A stretch of 64,000 nt of DNA. It comes from Eledone cirrhosa. Taxonomy: Eukaryota. Positions 13,409 to 26,415 of this stretch are shown here, piece by piece; position 1 is the stretch's first letter; each line of letters begins with the position of its first letter. Location: positions 1,240,001 to 1,304,000 of the forward strand of contig OZ024753.1 in the NCBI GenBank assembly GCA_964016885.1. Reading direction: 5' to 3'. The notes beneath the pieces were generated by a model, which did no database searches, was not told where the DNA came from, and was given only the letters and a program-made list of their open reading frames with translations. The translations under genes were made by a program, and so were the position numbers.

Positions 13409-13444
13409 TCTTAACGTTTCGGACATTAGTCCTTCATCAGAAGA
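13409..13444 (-). ncRNA. Minimal type I hammerhead ribozyme motif of Penelope-like-element type
   Basis: Minus strand UCUU-CUGAUGA-A-GGAC-UAAU-GUCC-GAAAC-GUU-AAGA: intact core, stem II and stem I, with palindromic ACGU stem III. Confidence 0.6.
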
Positions 13445-13909
13445 TAGTTAGAAATAGAAGGTAAAGAGCGATAAGAGGAAGGAATGGGGAAAAATGAGGA
13501 AAAACCACACGTGCATATTCAGTCGGCCATATATATTGTAAAGGGTTAGTGCTCGACAGCTCACATTGTTTCAGCAGTGAGTATCAAGTACTTAGCTGAA
13601 CATGGTCTTACTAGCCTAAACTGGTAACTCCCAATATATACATAAATATGTATGTATGTGTGTGTGTACATATATATATATAAACAACAGAATTTCAGTT
13701 TGAATAAATATTGAATGAAAAAGAACATCTGGCTATCCTTAGTTAATTAAGAATTCACAAAATACGCTCTCCAGCGAGTTCTGTCCCTTGCAAAATACAC
13801 CCAATAAAAAATAAGGTTTAAATATGATTGTATGTATGTACATATATATGTCATCATCATCACTTTTACGTCCACTTTTCCATGCTTGCATGGGTTCGAC
13901 GAGTCCTAC

Positions 13910-15685
13910 TCAGCACGGCAGCTCTCCACTTCTTGACTTTATGAATGAGTTTTTCTGGTCCCAACCTGTCCTTGCACCAACAAGGTGTCAGAAGACCATT
14001 TTGGACCTAGTGTTTAGTAACCACACTAACACTATACATCATATTAAAGAGGAAAAAAACCCTTCTTTCAGACCATGACATGGTTCTTTGTAACCTGAGA
14101 TTCCATCAGCCAAAATTTAATCCTACTGACCTCTCTGCAACCCACCCATTTGATAACATAGATCTCTATAATGCCAACTGGGATGCCATCATGAACGAGC
14201 TATCACATGTTGACTGGTCTATTACACACACACACATCAAAACATCTTGGCAGATCTTTGTAGACACTGTCACAAATATATGTGCAAAACACACCCCACC
14301 AAGACCTGTGAACAAAACTAAGTACAGTATCCCCCAAAACAGAAAAATTATTATCAGAAAAATAAAAAGAACAAACAAAAAAATTTACAAACTAAAATAC
14401 TGCCAACAGCAACACACACATTCGATGGCTATCACACAGCTTGAATAAAAATAATATAACCTCCAACAATGTATGAAGACCATCATCAATAACCAAAGAA
14501 CAGCTGAGGAGAAATGGGCCATTGAGAAAATCAAATTCAATCTCAAAGTGTTCTTTTTATTTGCGAAAAAATACCGGGTCACTGACTCCACTGTTGGCCC
14601 TCTAGTTGATGAAAATGGCACACTCCAAGATAATGCCAAAACCATGTGTGAGATACTGCAGAAACAATACTCCTCTGTTTTCAGCAATCCTTATATGGCT
14701 GATCTGGACTGTATCAGTGATGTTACTCCCCAACACACTATATTGGACATAACATTTGGAGCTCATGATGTCTTAGTGGCAATAAACAAAATTAAATACA
14801 ATTCAGCAGTAGGCCCCGATAGGTTCCCTGCTTGACACCAACTTGCTAATCTGAGGAGCAACTCACTGGATGCTGGCTATATTCCTGAAAACTTTCTGTC
14901 CCAGTCTGTCGTCCCAGTTTTCAAAAAGGGAAAGAAGTCTCTTGCAGAAAAAAGTCACTCACCACTCATATCATCAAGGTATTTGAAATGGCGGTGAGAT
15001 CACAAATAACCGACTTTCTTGAAGGCAACAGATTGCTGAACTCCAACCAACATGGGTTCCATAATGAAAGGGACTGCCTAACGCAGCTCCTGCATCACTT
15101 TGATGAAATTTATTTTGAGAGCCTTGGGAGAGGGCTCCAACACTGATATCATCTACCTTGATTTCAGCAAGGCTTTTGACATAAGATTCTATTAAAAAAC
15201 TATCCAACACTGGTGTCTCTGGAAAGTTACTACAGTGGATCAAGTGTTTCCTGACAATCCAACATGTTGTAGTCGAATCAAGCCCAGCCAAAGTCAACAG
15301 TGGCGTCCATCAAGGCATTGTGTTGGGCCCACTTCTTTTCATTATCTACATTAATGACATTACTGACATCATCAAGCACAGCAACATAAGAATCTTTGCA
15401 GATGATTCCAAGCTCCAGGTCATCAATAAAGTGGGTGACAGGACATGCCTTCAGTCAAACCTACTGCCTGTTTTCCAGTGGGTGGAAAAGAACAATATGC
15501 TGCTGAATGAAGATAAATTTGAGTTAATCCACATAGGATGCCCTGAAACTCCTATGCTCCTTCCTTCATGTGAAACTCTCGTGGCATCCAACATCAGAAA
15601 CTTGGGAGTAATTGTGGACAACAACATAAGCTGGGCCACTCATATAAACAACAAAGTTGACATGGCCCGCAGAATGTGTTCCTAG
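13910..15685 (+). mobile_element. Degenerate CR1/L2-group LINE ORF2 (end of endonuclease plus RT)
   Basis: PTRCQKTILDLVFSN, AVGPDRFPA, DIIYLDFSKAFD, GVHQGIVLGPLLFIIYINDI and IFADDSKL, interrupted by stops and frameshifts. Confidence 0.9.
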
Positions 15686-16147
15686 ATTCTTTCTCTCTCC
15701 TGTATGTCTGTCCTCCTCAATCATAACTGAAATATTGATCAATGTTAGCAGATCGATATCAATTAACTTTTCCTTACGTAAATTCTCAATCATTAGGTGA
15801 GAGAGTGACATCTTGGGCAAGTCTCATCATAACCTTCAGTTGACCCATGTCCTGTGAGTGAAATTTAGTAGACAGAAACTGTCTGGAAGCCTGTAAGATG
15901 GACTGTACCTTTAATTGAGTCAGTCTTGTCACACACACTGTGAAACTTCAGTATTTCTTCCCATAGTGGTTACGATCAAAATGTGATCAGTTCGATTCAT
16001 GAATCGTGTTGTGTTCTTGAGCAAAACACTTCATTTCCCCTTGCTCCAGTATACTTAGCTGAAAATGAGTACCAGCAGTATCTTTGGAGTTTAAGTCTGC
16101 CATATACTGGCATTCTATCCAGGGGAATTCTCGTATTTTCAGTTGAT

Positions 16148-19100
16148 TAACGCCAAGCAGACTGGAATAGATACTGGCTTAATGATCTTCCGAAATTTTC
16201 TAACGATATTTCCATCTTAGTTCCCTTCATAACCAACCATTTTAACAGTCTTTCTCTTTTTACCGTATTTCTAATGAAATACACAGACTACGTGTTCCCA
16301 TTAATGTTGAAAATGAACAAAATGTAGGGATTTAAAAGACCAGGCAGCATGACAACCATCCCGTTCCGTAAGGGTAGTTATCTCAGGATCCCATACGTTG
16401 TGATGTTTTCTCAAGTGGCAACATTGTGTGTTCAGTGACCAGCCCAGGCTTCGCTGCCCATCATGCCAAACTGACTGTCAAAGTATCGGCCACTCCTTGA
16501 TATGTTTGTGATTGAGAGTTTGGCAGTGTAGACTTTCGGTGTTCTTGCCCACCACATCCCCATGTACAGCTATCCGAGCAGAGTTAGCTACTCACAAGTG
16601 TGAGCCCCGCGAGGTGCAGTGGCTGTTTCAGTACGTCACCCTTGCCATCCTTCCCTAGCTCCAGAGCCACGAGACAGACTGACCCTTAAGTTTCATTTAT
16701 GGTAGGGGCATGTAGAATATATTTACTTAAGCACTATTGTTATATTATTATTAAAAAATGAAAAACCTATGTGTTTGTTTTTTATTCACAAAATTAATGT
16801 TGAAAATAAACAATAAAATGTAGAAATTTAATAATAAAATTCAATATGTTTCTTTTTTATTCACAGAAAATATATTTAATGTATTTTGTTTTAAAACTTC
16901 CTAGTTTTCCCTGTAACAGCTCTCACGTTCTTAGAAAATCTTTCGGTGGATTAAAATAAGGGAGTAGAGTCCTTCGGCTCACTTGGGATGGGGGGCAAAG
17001 GTCGAAACATTGGTTCAATTCTTCAGCAGTGCTAAATATTTTCTAAAACTGTAAATCACAATTTAAATCCCCAAAGAGGTGGAGGTTCTCTGCAGTAGCG
17101 GGCAGAGAGGAGGGGGTGGGGAGACGGTGTGTTGGCCACGGGCATCATTTCGGGAAAAGAACTTAATAAATTTGATTGATTTATATTAAAATCGAATAAA
17201 GCGTTTATATCATGTTTCATCTGTTTATATGTTCAAAATGTTTTCCTTCCTCAATATATGAGCCCTTGTACTTGAGTCTTTGGGGCATTAGGCCTTATAC
17301 TTGAGTCTTTGAGGCATTAGGCCTTATACTTGAGTCTTTGGGGCATACAATCAAGATTTTCCCCGGGCATCACCAGAGCTCCGCACGTCGTTGTTTCTCT
17401 GGTCTGTCGCGAGCCAAGAAGCTTATCCCGTAAAGTGATTGAGAGTACAAGACGCCCCGCCCCGCTGGACATGATGCCAGTCTATCACAAGGTTACCCCC
17501 CACTCATTGCTGGTACTCATTTTCAGCTGAATACTGGCCTTAAAAACTAAAACAATTGTAAATTCATTTCAGTTTTTCGATCACTTCCTTCCGCTGTATG
17601 TTCATCATTGGTTAACTGTCGATCAGTGTTTGCAAAGATCGATATCGTCTAACTTGAGAGTTTATTTCGCCATCATTAAGTCCCAGGTTCAATCACACCC
17701 CATGTGAAACTGTATAGAAGTCTGTCATCTGTAATTCAAATGGCCAGTCTCATAACGCTGAATCTCCCTGAACATTACGTATGTTCGTAATTATAGATTA
17801 ATTTCTAATACTATAGCATGGCCAGGATACTTGGAACATGCGCACTGGGTTTCTAAATCTCGCACATGCGCATTTAACTCCATCCAAAACAAGAAAAAAA
17901 AATGGCCGTCTGTTTGCTAAATGGTTTAACAATGGACAATAGCAGCTTTCCGAAAGGTAACGTAGATTTTTATATTATGTTGAGAAATGTTTGTAAATCT
18001 TTCCCTCTTAGTCTCCTTCGTATAATCTACTATTTACACATACCGAGTTGTTCTCTTATTAACGTATTTTTAATGAAATACACACCATGTTTCAATACAT
18101 TGCGAATATAAGATTTAACAGATATTTTTTATTCATAAATATGTATTTAGTATAGTTGAAAATTCGTTCCTACTTCTTGCTGGAATAGTTCCTTTGTCTT
18201 TATCAAATCCTTCTATCGACCATTTCTCACCATCAATATGTGGCTGTCTTCCTCTCCAGATCTAATTCTACTCGTGGTGGTTTCGATCGTTAACTTGGGG
18301 AACTTTCCAAAAGCCGCCCACCTCTGCAATCTCTCCGAGGTACACACAATAACGCCAAGCAGACTGGAATAGATACTGGCTTAATGATTTTCCGAAATTT
18401 TCTAACGATATTTCCATCTTAGTTCCCTTCATAACCAACCATTTTAACAGCAGTCTTTCTCTTTTTACCGTATTTCTAATGAAATACACAGACTACGTGT
18501 TCCAATTAATGTTGAAAATAAACAAAATGTAGGGATTAAAAAGACCAGGCAGCATGACAACCATCCCATTCCGTAAGGGTAGTTATCTCAGGATCCCATA
18601 CGTTGTGATGTTTTCTCAAGTGGCAACATTGTGTGTTCAGTGACCAGCCCAGGCTTCGCTGCCCATCATGCCAAACTGACTGTCAAAGTATCGGCCACTC
18701 CTTGATATGTTTGTGATTGAGAGTTTGGCAGTGTAGACTTTCGGTGTTCTTGCCCACCACATCCCCATGTACGGCTATCTGAGCAGAGTTAGCTACTCAC
18801 AAGTGTGAGCCCCGCGAGGTGCAGTGGCTGTTTCAGTACGTCACCCTTGTCATCCTTCCCTAGCTCCAGAGCCACGAGACAGACTGACCCTTAAGTTTCA
18901 TTTATGGTAGGGGCATGTAGAATATATTTACTTAAGCACTATTGTTATATTATTATTAAAAAATGAAAAACCTATGTGTTTGTTTTTTATTCACAAAATT
19001 AATGTTGAAAATAAACAATAAAATGTAGAAATTTAATAATAAAATTCAACATGTTTCTTTTTTATTCACAGAAAATATATTTAATGTATTTTGTTTTAAA

Positions 19101-20590
19101 ACTGTTCCTAGTTTTCCCTGTAACAGCTCTCACGTTCTTAGAAAATCTTTCGGTGGATTAAAATAAGGGAGTAGAGTCCTTCGGCTCACTTGGGATGGGG
19201 GGCCAAAGGTCGAAACATTGGTTCAATTCTTCAGCAGTGCTAAATATTTTCTAAAACTGTAAATCACAATTTAAATCCCCAAAGAGGTGGAGGTTCTCTG
19301 CAGTAGCGGGCAGAGAGGAGGGGGTGGGGAGACGGTGTGTTGGCCACGGGCATCATTTCGGGAAAAGAACTTAATAAATTTGATTGATTTATATTAAAAT
19401 CGAATAAAGCGTTTATATCATGTTTCATCTGTTTATATGTTCAAAATGTTTTCCTTTCTCAATATATTAGGCCTTATACTTGAGTCTTTGAGGCATTAGG
19501 CCTTATACTTGAGTCTTTGAGGCATTAGGCCTTATACTTGAGTCTTTGGGGCATTAGGCCTTATACTTGAGTCTTTGGGGCATACAATCAAGATTTTCCC
19601 TGGGCATCACCAGAGCTCCGCACGTCGTTGTTTCTCTGGTCTGTCGCGAGCCAAGAAGCTTATCCCGTAAAGTGACAGAGTACAAGACGCCCCGCCCCGC
19701 CCCGCTGGACATGATGCCAGTCCATCACAAGGTTACCCCCCACTCATTGCTGGTACTCATTTTCAGCTGAATACTGGCCTTAAAAACTAAAACAATTGTA
19801 AATTCATTTCAGTTTTTCGATCACTTCCTTCCGCTGTATGTTCATCATTGGTTAACTGTCGATCAGTGTTTGCAAAGATCGATATCGTCTAACTTGAGAG
19901 TTTATTTCGCCATCATTAAGTCCCAGGTTCAATCACACCCCATGTGAAACTGTATAGAAGTCTGTCATCTGTAATTCAAATGGCCAGTCTCATAACGCTG
20001 AATCTCCCTGAACATTACGTATGTTCGTAATTATAGATTAATTTCTAATACTATAGCATGGCCAGGATACTTGGAACATGCGCACTGGGTTTCTAAATCT
20101 CGCACATGCGCATTTAACTCCATCCAAAACAAGAAAAAAAAATGGCCGTCTGTTTGCTAAATGGTTTAACAATGGACAATAGCAGCTTTCCGAAAGGTAA
20201 CGTAGATTTTTATATTATGTTGAGAAATGTTTGTAAATCTTTCCCTCTTAGTCTCCTTCGTATAATCTACTATTTACACATACCGAGTTGTTCTCTTATT
20301 AACGTATTTTTAATGAAATACACACCATGTTTCAATACATTGCGAATATAAGATTTAACAGATATTTTTTATTCATAAATATGTATTTAGTATAGTTGAA
20401 AATTCGTTCCTACTTCTTGCTGGAATAGTTCCTTTGTCTTTATCAAATCCTTCTGTCGACCATTTCTCACCATCAATATGTGGCTGTCTTCCTCTCCAGA
20501 TCTAATTCTACTCGTGGTGGTTTCGATCGTTAACTTGGGGAACTTTCCAAAAGCTGCCCACCTCTGCAATCTCTCCGAGGTACACATAAT
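16148..20590. repeat. Near-identical direct tandem duplication, unit ~2.2 kb (16148-18349 and 18350-20590)
   Basis: Identical ORF-track artefacts at 17902/20142; junction at taacgccaagcag; the copies differ mainly by 3 vs 4 units of a 30-bp repeat. Confidence 0.95.
16325..16660 (+). mobile_element. CRE-like endonuclease remnant inside the duplicated unit (also at 18530-18870, and partial inverted at 34810-34985)
   Basis: KRPGSMTTIPFRKGSYL, ESLAV*TFGVL and EPREVQWLFQYVTLAI resemble CRE-type KRPDGxTxxPWxxG, AVETxG and QRxSxAI motifs. Confidence 0.6.
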
Positions 20591-22290
20591 AAGTCCAGCT
20601 GTTCACCAACTATGTTTTAAACCCCTTTTCTCCCATTTGACTTTCGTCTTGTAATGTCGTATATTTAATTCTATACACCTAAGTTTTGTTTTCGTCTTAT
20701 TAGTCCAAGAACAGTGTTGAAGTATTGATCAGTGTTAACAGATCGATATCTATTCCCCATCATTAGGTGAGAGAGTGACATCATGACCCATATCCTGTGA
20801 TTGAAATTTAGTAGACAGTAACTCTCTGGAAGCCTGTAAGATGGACTGTACCTGTAATTAAGTCAGTCATGTCACACACCGTGTGAAACTTCAGTATTTC
20901 TTTCCATAGTGTTCACAGTGTTAGACTTACGATCATAATGTGATCAGTTCGATTCTTGGATCGTGTTGTGTTCTTGAGCAAAACACTTCATTTCACGTGG
21001 TTGAAAATGAGTACCAGCGTTCAGTCCAGGTGAGGTTCCTGTATTTTCAGCTGACTCGGATAAGCACCGTTCTAATGAGCCTCCTGGCGTCCTATCCAGG
21101 GGAAGTCCCTTCTTACCATATTCCTTACTCAGACCATGTGTTCCAATTAATGTTGAAAATAAACAATAAAATGTAGGGATTTAATAATAAAATTCAGACT
21201 TAATTATTCTGCAAATATATGTTCACAATTGCTTAGAAACGGAATGAGATAACACACGAAATAAATGTTACCTATAAGTATGACTAATTTACTCAATAGA
21301 ATTGCGGCTTGGCGTGGCGATGCGCGCAGCGGCTCGGTCTTCGTCGGCTACGTATGTATGTGTCGTTACCATACATGTGGGAAGTTCGAATCGTTGTGGT
21401 GTGCACGTAGCTACGGCGGCTGGGACTATTTGCAGGCTGGCCATATGCTGGCCACGCGAAGAATCCGATTTATCCCCCTTTGCACAAAAATGTTATCTCC
21501 GTTTATGTAACTCTTCTCTTTTTTTCAATTGACTTACGGTTGTTTGAAAGAAAACCATTTTGGATATCTTTCTCGTGTAAAGAGGTATGTAATGTTTTCT
21601 CTCTATACACATACATTTTATAAGATACACACTTTATGTCAGTAACTCTCTCTTTGCTGTATATTAGGACTATCTTAGAAACTAAACCTTCTCTCTATAT
21701 ACACACACTTTATGTCAATAACTGCCACATCTGGTATATCGTGTTCAGGTATTTTGCTTTATTTACTGTGGCTTTCTGGTACATCGACACCGACTCGATA
21801 CATGCTTTCTTTTAAACTACACATACAAATGGTGTTACCTCTTCTAAAAAATCGTTCTAAGCCATCTTGATGTTGGTTGAATATTACACCCGTATCGAAA
21901 CTTAAGTTTTGAACGATTATTATTTTAGAAAGTTCATTTACATTCTTAGTTTCCTTCTAGATGAAACTTCATCCTTAGACACGTCATCCATATTCTTAGT
22001 TTCTTTCTTAAGAAACTTCTTCTACATTCTTAGTTTCTCTCTTCAGAAACATCAATGTCTCTATAATAAAAAACAAATTCGGAAGAATTTTGTAAACATT
22101 CTTTTTATTGACAACGTACGTACATGACTTTAATAGATTTTCTTATTTCAGATGTCCAGCCTTCTAGGTCATATGCTGTAACAAGTGGGAATGACGAAGT
22201 TTGTTAATAAAGAAAGTTTACAGCTGTCCAGCCTTCTAGGTCATATGTTGTTTGCTGTAACAAGTCGGAATGACGAAGTTTCTGTTAATG

Positions 22291-22585
22291 AAGAAAGTTT
22301 ACATATTATATACGAATTGTGTTCAGTTTATTTTGACAAAAATGAATAAAGAAATCAAGAGTCTATATGAAACTGAGTAAGACATAATAAAGAAAGTTTA
22401 CATATTATATACGAATTGTGTTCAGTTTATTTTGACAGAAATGAATAAAGACATCAAGAGTCTATATGAAACTGAGTAAGACATAATAAAGAAAGTTTAC
22501 ATATTATATACGAATTGTGTTCAGTTTATTTTGACAGAAATGAATAAAGACATCAAGAGTATATGAAACTGAGTAAGACATACTA
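22291..22585. repeat. 99-bp tandem triplication, preceded by a ~73-bp duplication at 22153-22300
   Basis: aagaaagtttacatattatatacg recurs at 22291, 22390 and 22489. Confidence 0.9.
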
Positions 22586-22793
22586 AAAAGAAACTAGGAA
22601 GTTTCTTTAGAAAGAATGTAAGTAAATTGTCTAAAGAAAGTTTCTTAGGGAAGAATGTAGATCAAGTGTCTAAAAAGAAACTAAGAATCTGAATGAAGTT
22701 TCTTTAGAAAGAATGTAGATGAAGTGGCTAAATAAAGAATCTGAATGGAGTGTCTTAAAAAAAAGAAACTAAGAATCTAAATGAAGTTTCTTA

Positions 22794-23575
22794 AAGAATG
22801 TAGATGAAGTGTCTTAAAAAAAGATACTAAGAATGTAGTGTCTAAAGTAAGAATGTAGATGAAGTGTCTTAAAAAAAAGATACTAAGAATGTAGTGTCTA
22901 AAGTAAGAATGTAGATGAAGTGTCTTAAAAAAAAGATACTAAGAATGTAGTGTCTAAAGTAAGAATGTAGATGAAGTGTCTTAAAAAAAAGATACTAAGA
23001 ATGTAGTGTCTAAAGTAAGAATGTAGATGAAGTGTCTTAAAAAAAAGATACTAAGAATGTAGTGTCTAAAGTAAGAATGTAGATGAAGTGTCTTAAAAAA
23101 AAGATACTAAGAATGTAGTGTCTAAAGTAAGAATGTAGATGAAGTGTCTTAAAAAAAAGATACTAAGAATGTAGTGTCTAAAGTAAGAATGTAGATGAAG
23201 TGTCTTAAAAAAAAGATACTAAGAATGTAGTGTCTAAAGTAAGAATGTAGATGAAGTGTCTTAAAAAAAAGATACTAAGAATGTAGTGTCTAAAGTAAGA
23301 ATGTAGATGAAGTGTCTTAAAAAAAAGATACTAAGAATGTAGTGTCTAAAGTAAGAATGTAGATGAAGTGTCTTAAAAAAAAGATACTAAGAATGTAGTG
23401 TCTAAAGTAAGAATGTAGATGAAGTGTCTTAAAAAAAAGATACTAAGAATGTAGTGTCTAAAGTAAGAATGTAGATGAAGTGTCTTAAAAAAAAAGATAC
23501 TAAGAATGTAGTGTCTAAAGTAAGAATGTAGATGAAGTGTCTTTAAAAAAAGATACTAAGAATGTAGATAAAGTG
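22794..23575. repeat. 56-bp tandem array, ~14 copies
   Basis: Unit aagaatgtagatgaagtgtcttaaaaaaaagatactaagaatgtagtgtctaaagt; period measured 22961 to 23017. Confidence 0.95.
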
Positions 23576-23579
23576 TCAA

Positions 23580-25475
23580 AAAAAATGTATATGAAATGTG
23601 TGTTTTTGAAAAGTCGAAAAAAAAATCTATATGAAATGTGTGTTTTTGAAAAGTCGAAAAAAAAATCTATATGAAATGTGTGTTTTTGAAAAGTCGAAAA
23701 AAAAATCTATATGAAATGTGTGTTTTTGAAAAGTCGAAAAAAAATTCTATATGAAATGAGTGTTTTTGAAAAGTCGAAAAAAAAATCTATATGAAATGTG
23801 TGTTTTTGAAAAGTCGAAAAAAATTTCTATATGAAATGTGTGTTTTTGAAAAGTCGAAAAAAAATTCTATATGAAATGAGTGTTTTTGAAAAGTCGAAAA
23901 AAAAATCTATATGAAATGTGTGTTTTTGAAAAGTCGAAAAAAATTTCTATATGAAATGTGTGTTTTTGAAAAGTCGAAAAAAAATTCTATATGAAATGAG
24001 TGTTTTTGAAAAGTCGAAAAAAAATTCTATATGAAATGAGTGTTTTTGAAAAGTCGAAAAAAAAATCTATATGAAATGTGTGTTTTTGAAAAGTCGAAAA
24101 AAAAATCTATATGAAATGTGTGTTTTTGAAAAGTCGAAAAAAAATTCTATATGAAATGAGTGTTTTTGAAAAGTCGAAAAAAAAATCTATATGAAATGTG
24201 TGTTTTTGAAAAGTCGAAAAAAAAATCTATATGAAATGAGTGTTTTTGAAAAGTTCAAAAAAAATTCTATATGAAATGTGTGTGTTTGAAAAGTCGAAAA
24301 AAATTTCTATATGAAATGTGTGTTTTTGAAAAGTCCAAAAAAAATTTTATATGAAATGTGTGTTTTTGAAAAGTCGAAAAAAAATTCTATATGAAATGAG
24401 TGTTTTTGAAAAGTCGAAAAAAAAATCTATATGAAATGTGTGTTTTTGAAAAGTCGAAAAAAAAATCTATATGAAATGTGTGTTTTTGAAAAGTTCAAAA
24501 AAAATTCTATATGAAATGTGTGTTTTTGAAAAGTCGAAAAAAATTTCTATATGAAATGTGTGTTTTTGAAAAGTCGAAAAAAAAATCTATATGAAATGTG
24601 TGTTTTTGAAAAGTGGAAAAACATTTCTATATGAAATGTGTGTTTTTGAAAAGTCCAAAAAAAATTCTATATGAAATGAGTGTTTTTGAAAAGTCGAAAA
24701 AAAAATCTATATGAAATGTGTGTTTTTGAAAAGTCCAAAAAAAATTCTATATGAAATGAGTGTTTTTGAAAAGTCGAAAAAAAAATCTATATGAAATGTG
24801 TGTTTTTGAAAAGTCTAAAAAAATTTCTATATGAAATGTGTGTTTTTGAAAAGTCGAAAAAAAATTCTATATGAAATGAGTGTTTTTGAAAAGTCGAAAA
24901 AAAAATCTATATGAAATGTGTGTTTTTGAAAAGTCGAAAAAAAATTCTATATGAAATGAGTGTTTTTGAAAAGTCGAAAAAAAAATCTATATGAAATGTG
25001 TGTTTTTGAAAAGTCGAAAAAAAAATCTATATGAAATGAGTGTTTTTGAAAAGTCAAAAAAAAATTCTATATGAAATGTGTGTTTTTGAAAAGTCGAAAA
25101 AAATTTCTATATGAAATGTGTGTTTTTGAAAAGTCGAAAAAATTTTGTATATGAAATGAGTGTTGTCGAAAAAAAATTCTATATGAAATGTGTGTTTTTG
25201 AAAAGTCAAAAAAAAATTCTATATGAAATGTGTGTTTTTGAAAAGTCGAAAAAAAAATCTATATGAAATGTGTGTTTTTGAAAGGTCGAAAAAAAATTCT
25301 ATATGAAATGTGTGTTTTTGAAAAGTCGAAAAAAAAAATCTATATGAAATGAGTGTTTTTGAAAAGTCGAAAAAAATTTCTATATGAAATGTGTGTTTCT
25401 GAAAAGTCGAAAAAAATTTCTATATGAAATGTGTGTTGTCGAAAAAATTTTGTATATGAAATGTGTGTTTTTGAA
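23580..25475. repeat. 40-bp tandem array, ~47 copies
   Basis: Unit approximately aaaaaaatctatatgaaatgtgtgtttttgaaaagtcgaa. Confidence 0.95.
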
Positions 25476-26084
25476 AGTTTAGTCTCTTAAGTTAATTATC
25501 TTTCAAACAACCGGAAGTCAATTGAAAAGAAAAGAGAAGAGTTAAATAAAGGGAGATAATTCTAACATTTTTTAGCAAAAGGGGGTAAAGCGGATTCTCA
25601 TCGTGGTCTAGGACGCAGGCCAGCATATAGCCAGCCTGCAAACATCCCAGCCGCCGTAGCCACGTGCACACCACAACGATTCGAACTTGGGATACATAGT
25701 ATGGAAACGACACATACATACGTAGCCGACGACGTCCGAGCCGTTGCGCGCATCGCCACGCACAAGCCGCAATTCTACTAAGTAAAATAGTCATATTTAT
25801 AGGTAAAATTTTATTTACTTTTTTAAAAAAAAATATAGAAACGGAAAGGGAGATAACACGTCTCAAAATATATTTCGTGTGTTATCTCTCATTCCGTTTC
25901 TATATATATATAAAGTAATTTTGAACGTATATACGAACAATTTTTATGGAAATAAATATAATTATGTCAAGCTGGTAACATATAATACAGGTAGACCTGT
26001 TTGCCGTGTGGGGGGACAACTACCACTGTATATCGGGTACGTTAAAAGGCAGGCCCATTCTGTTATCTCAGAGAAAGAGTCTTG

Positions 26085-26415
26085 CCGCGTATCACTTCCA
26101 GTTTCGCAGAGGCTGCCCAGCTCTCTAGACTGTAAGTAAGCTTAAAGAAGATGGAGGTATTGCACCTCAGGAAGTTTACCACCCTCCCCATTGACGAGAC
26201 TGAACTGAAAACAGTCCATCAATTTCAGCTACCTGGGGTACATCTTCACATCGGATGCCAAGATTGACAGGGAAATCAGCAACAAACTGGCAAAGATGAG
26301 CAGTGAATTTGGTAGACTAACGTGTGGAAGATTAAACATGAAGCTGAACTCCCAACTACGCTGGGCAGGGCACGTCTTTAGGATGATGGATCATCGCCTG
26401 CCCAGGATCACTCTC
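26085..26415 (+). mobile_element. RTE (BovB-like) LINE RT C-terminal fragments
   Basis: FAEAAQL..VSLKKMEVL..ELKTVHQF, DAKIDREISNKLAKMSSEFGRL and QLRWAGHVFRMMDHRLPRITL. Confidence 0.75.
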
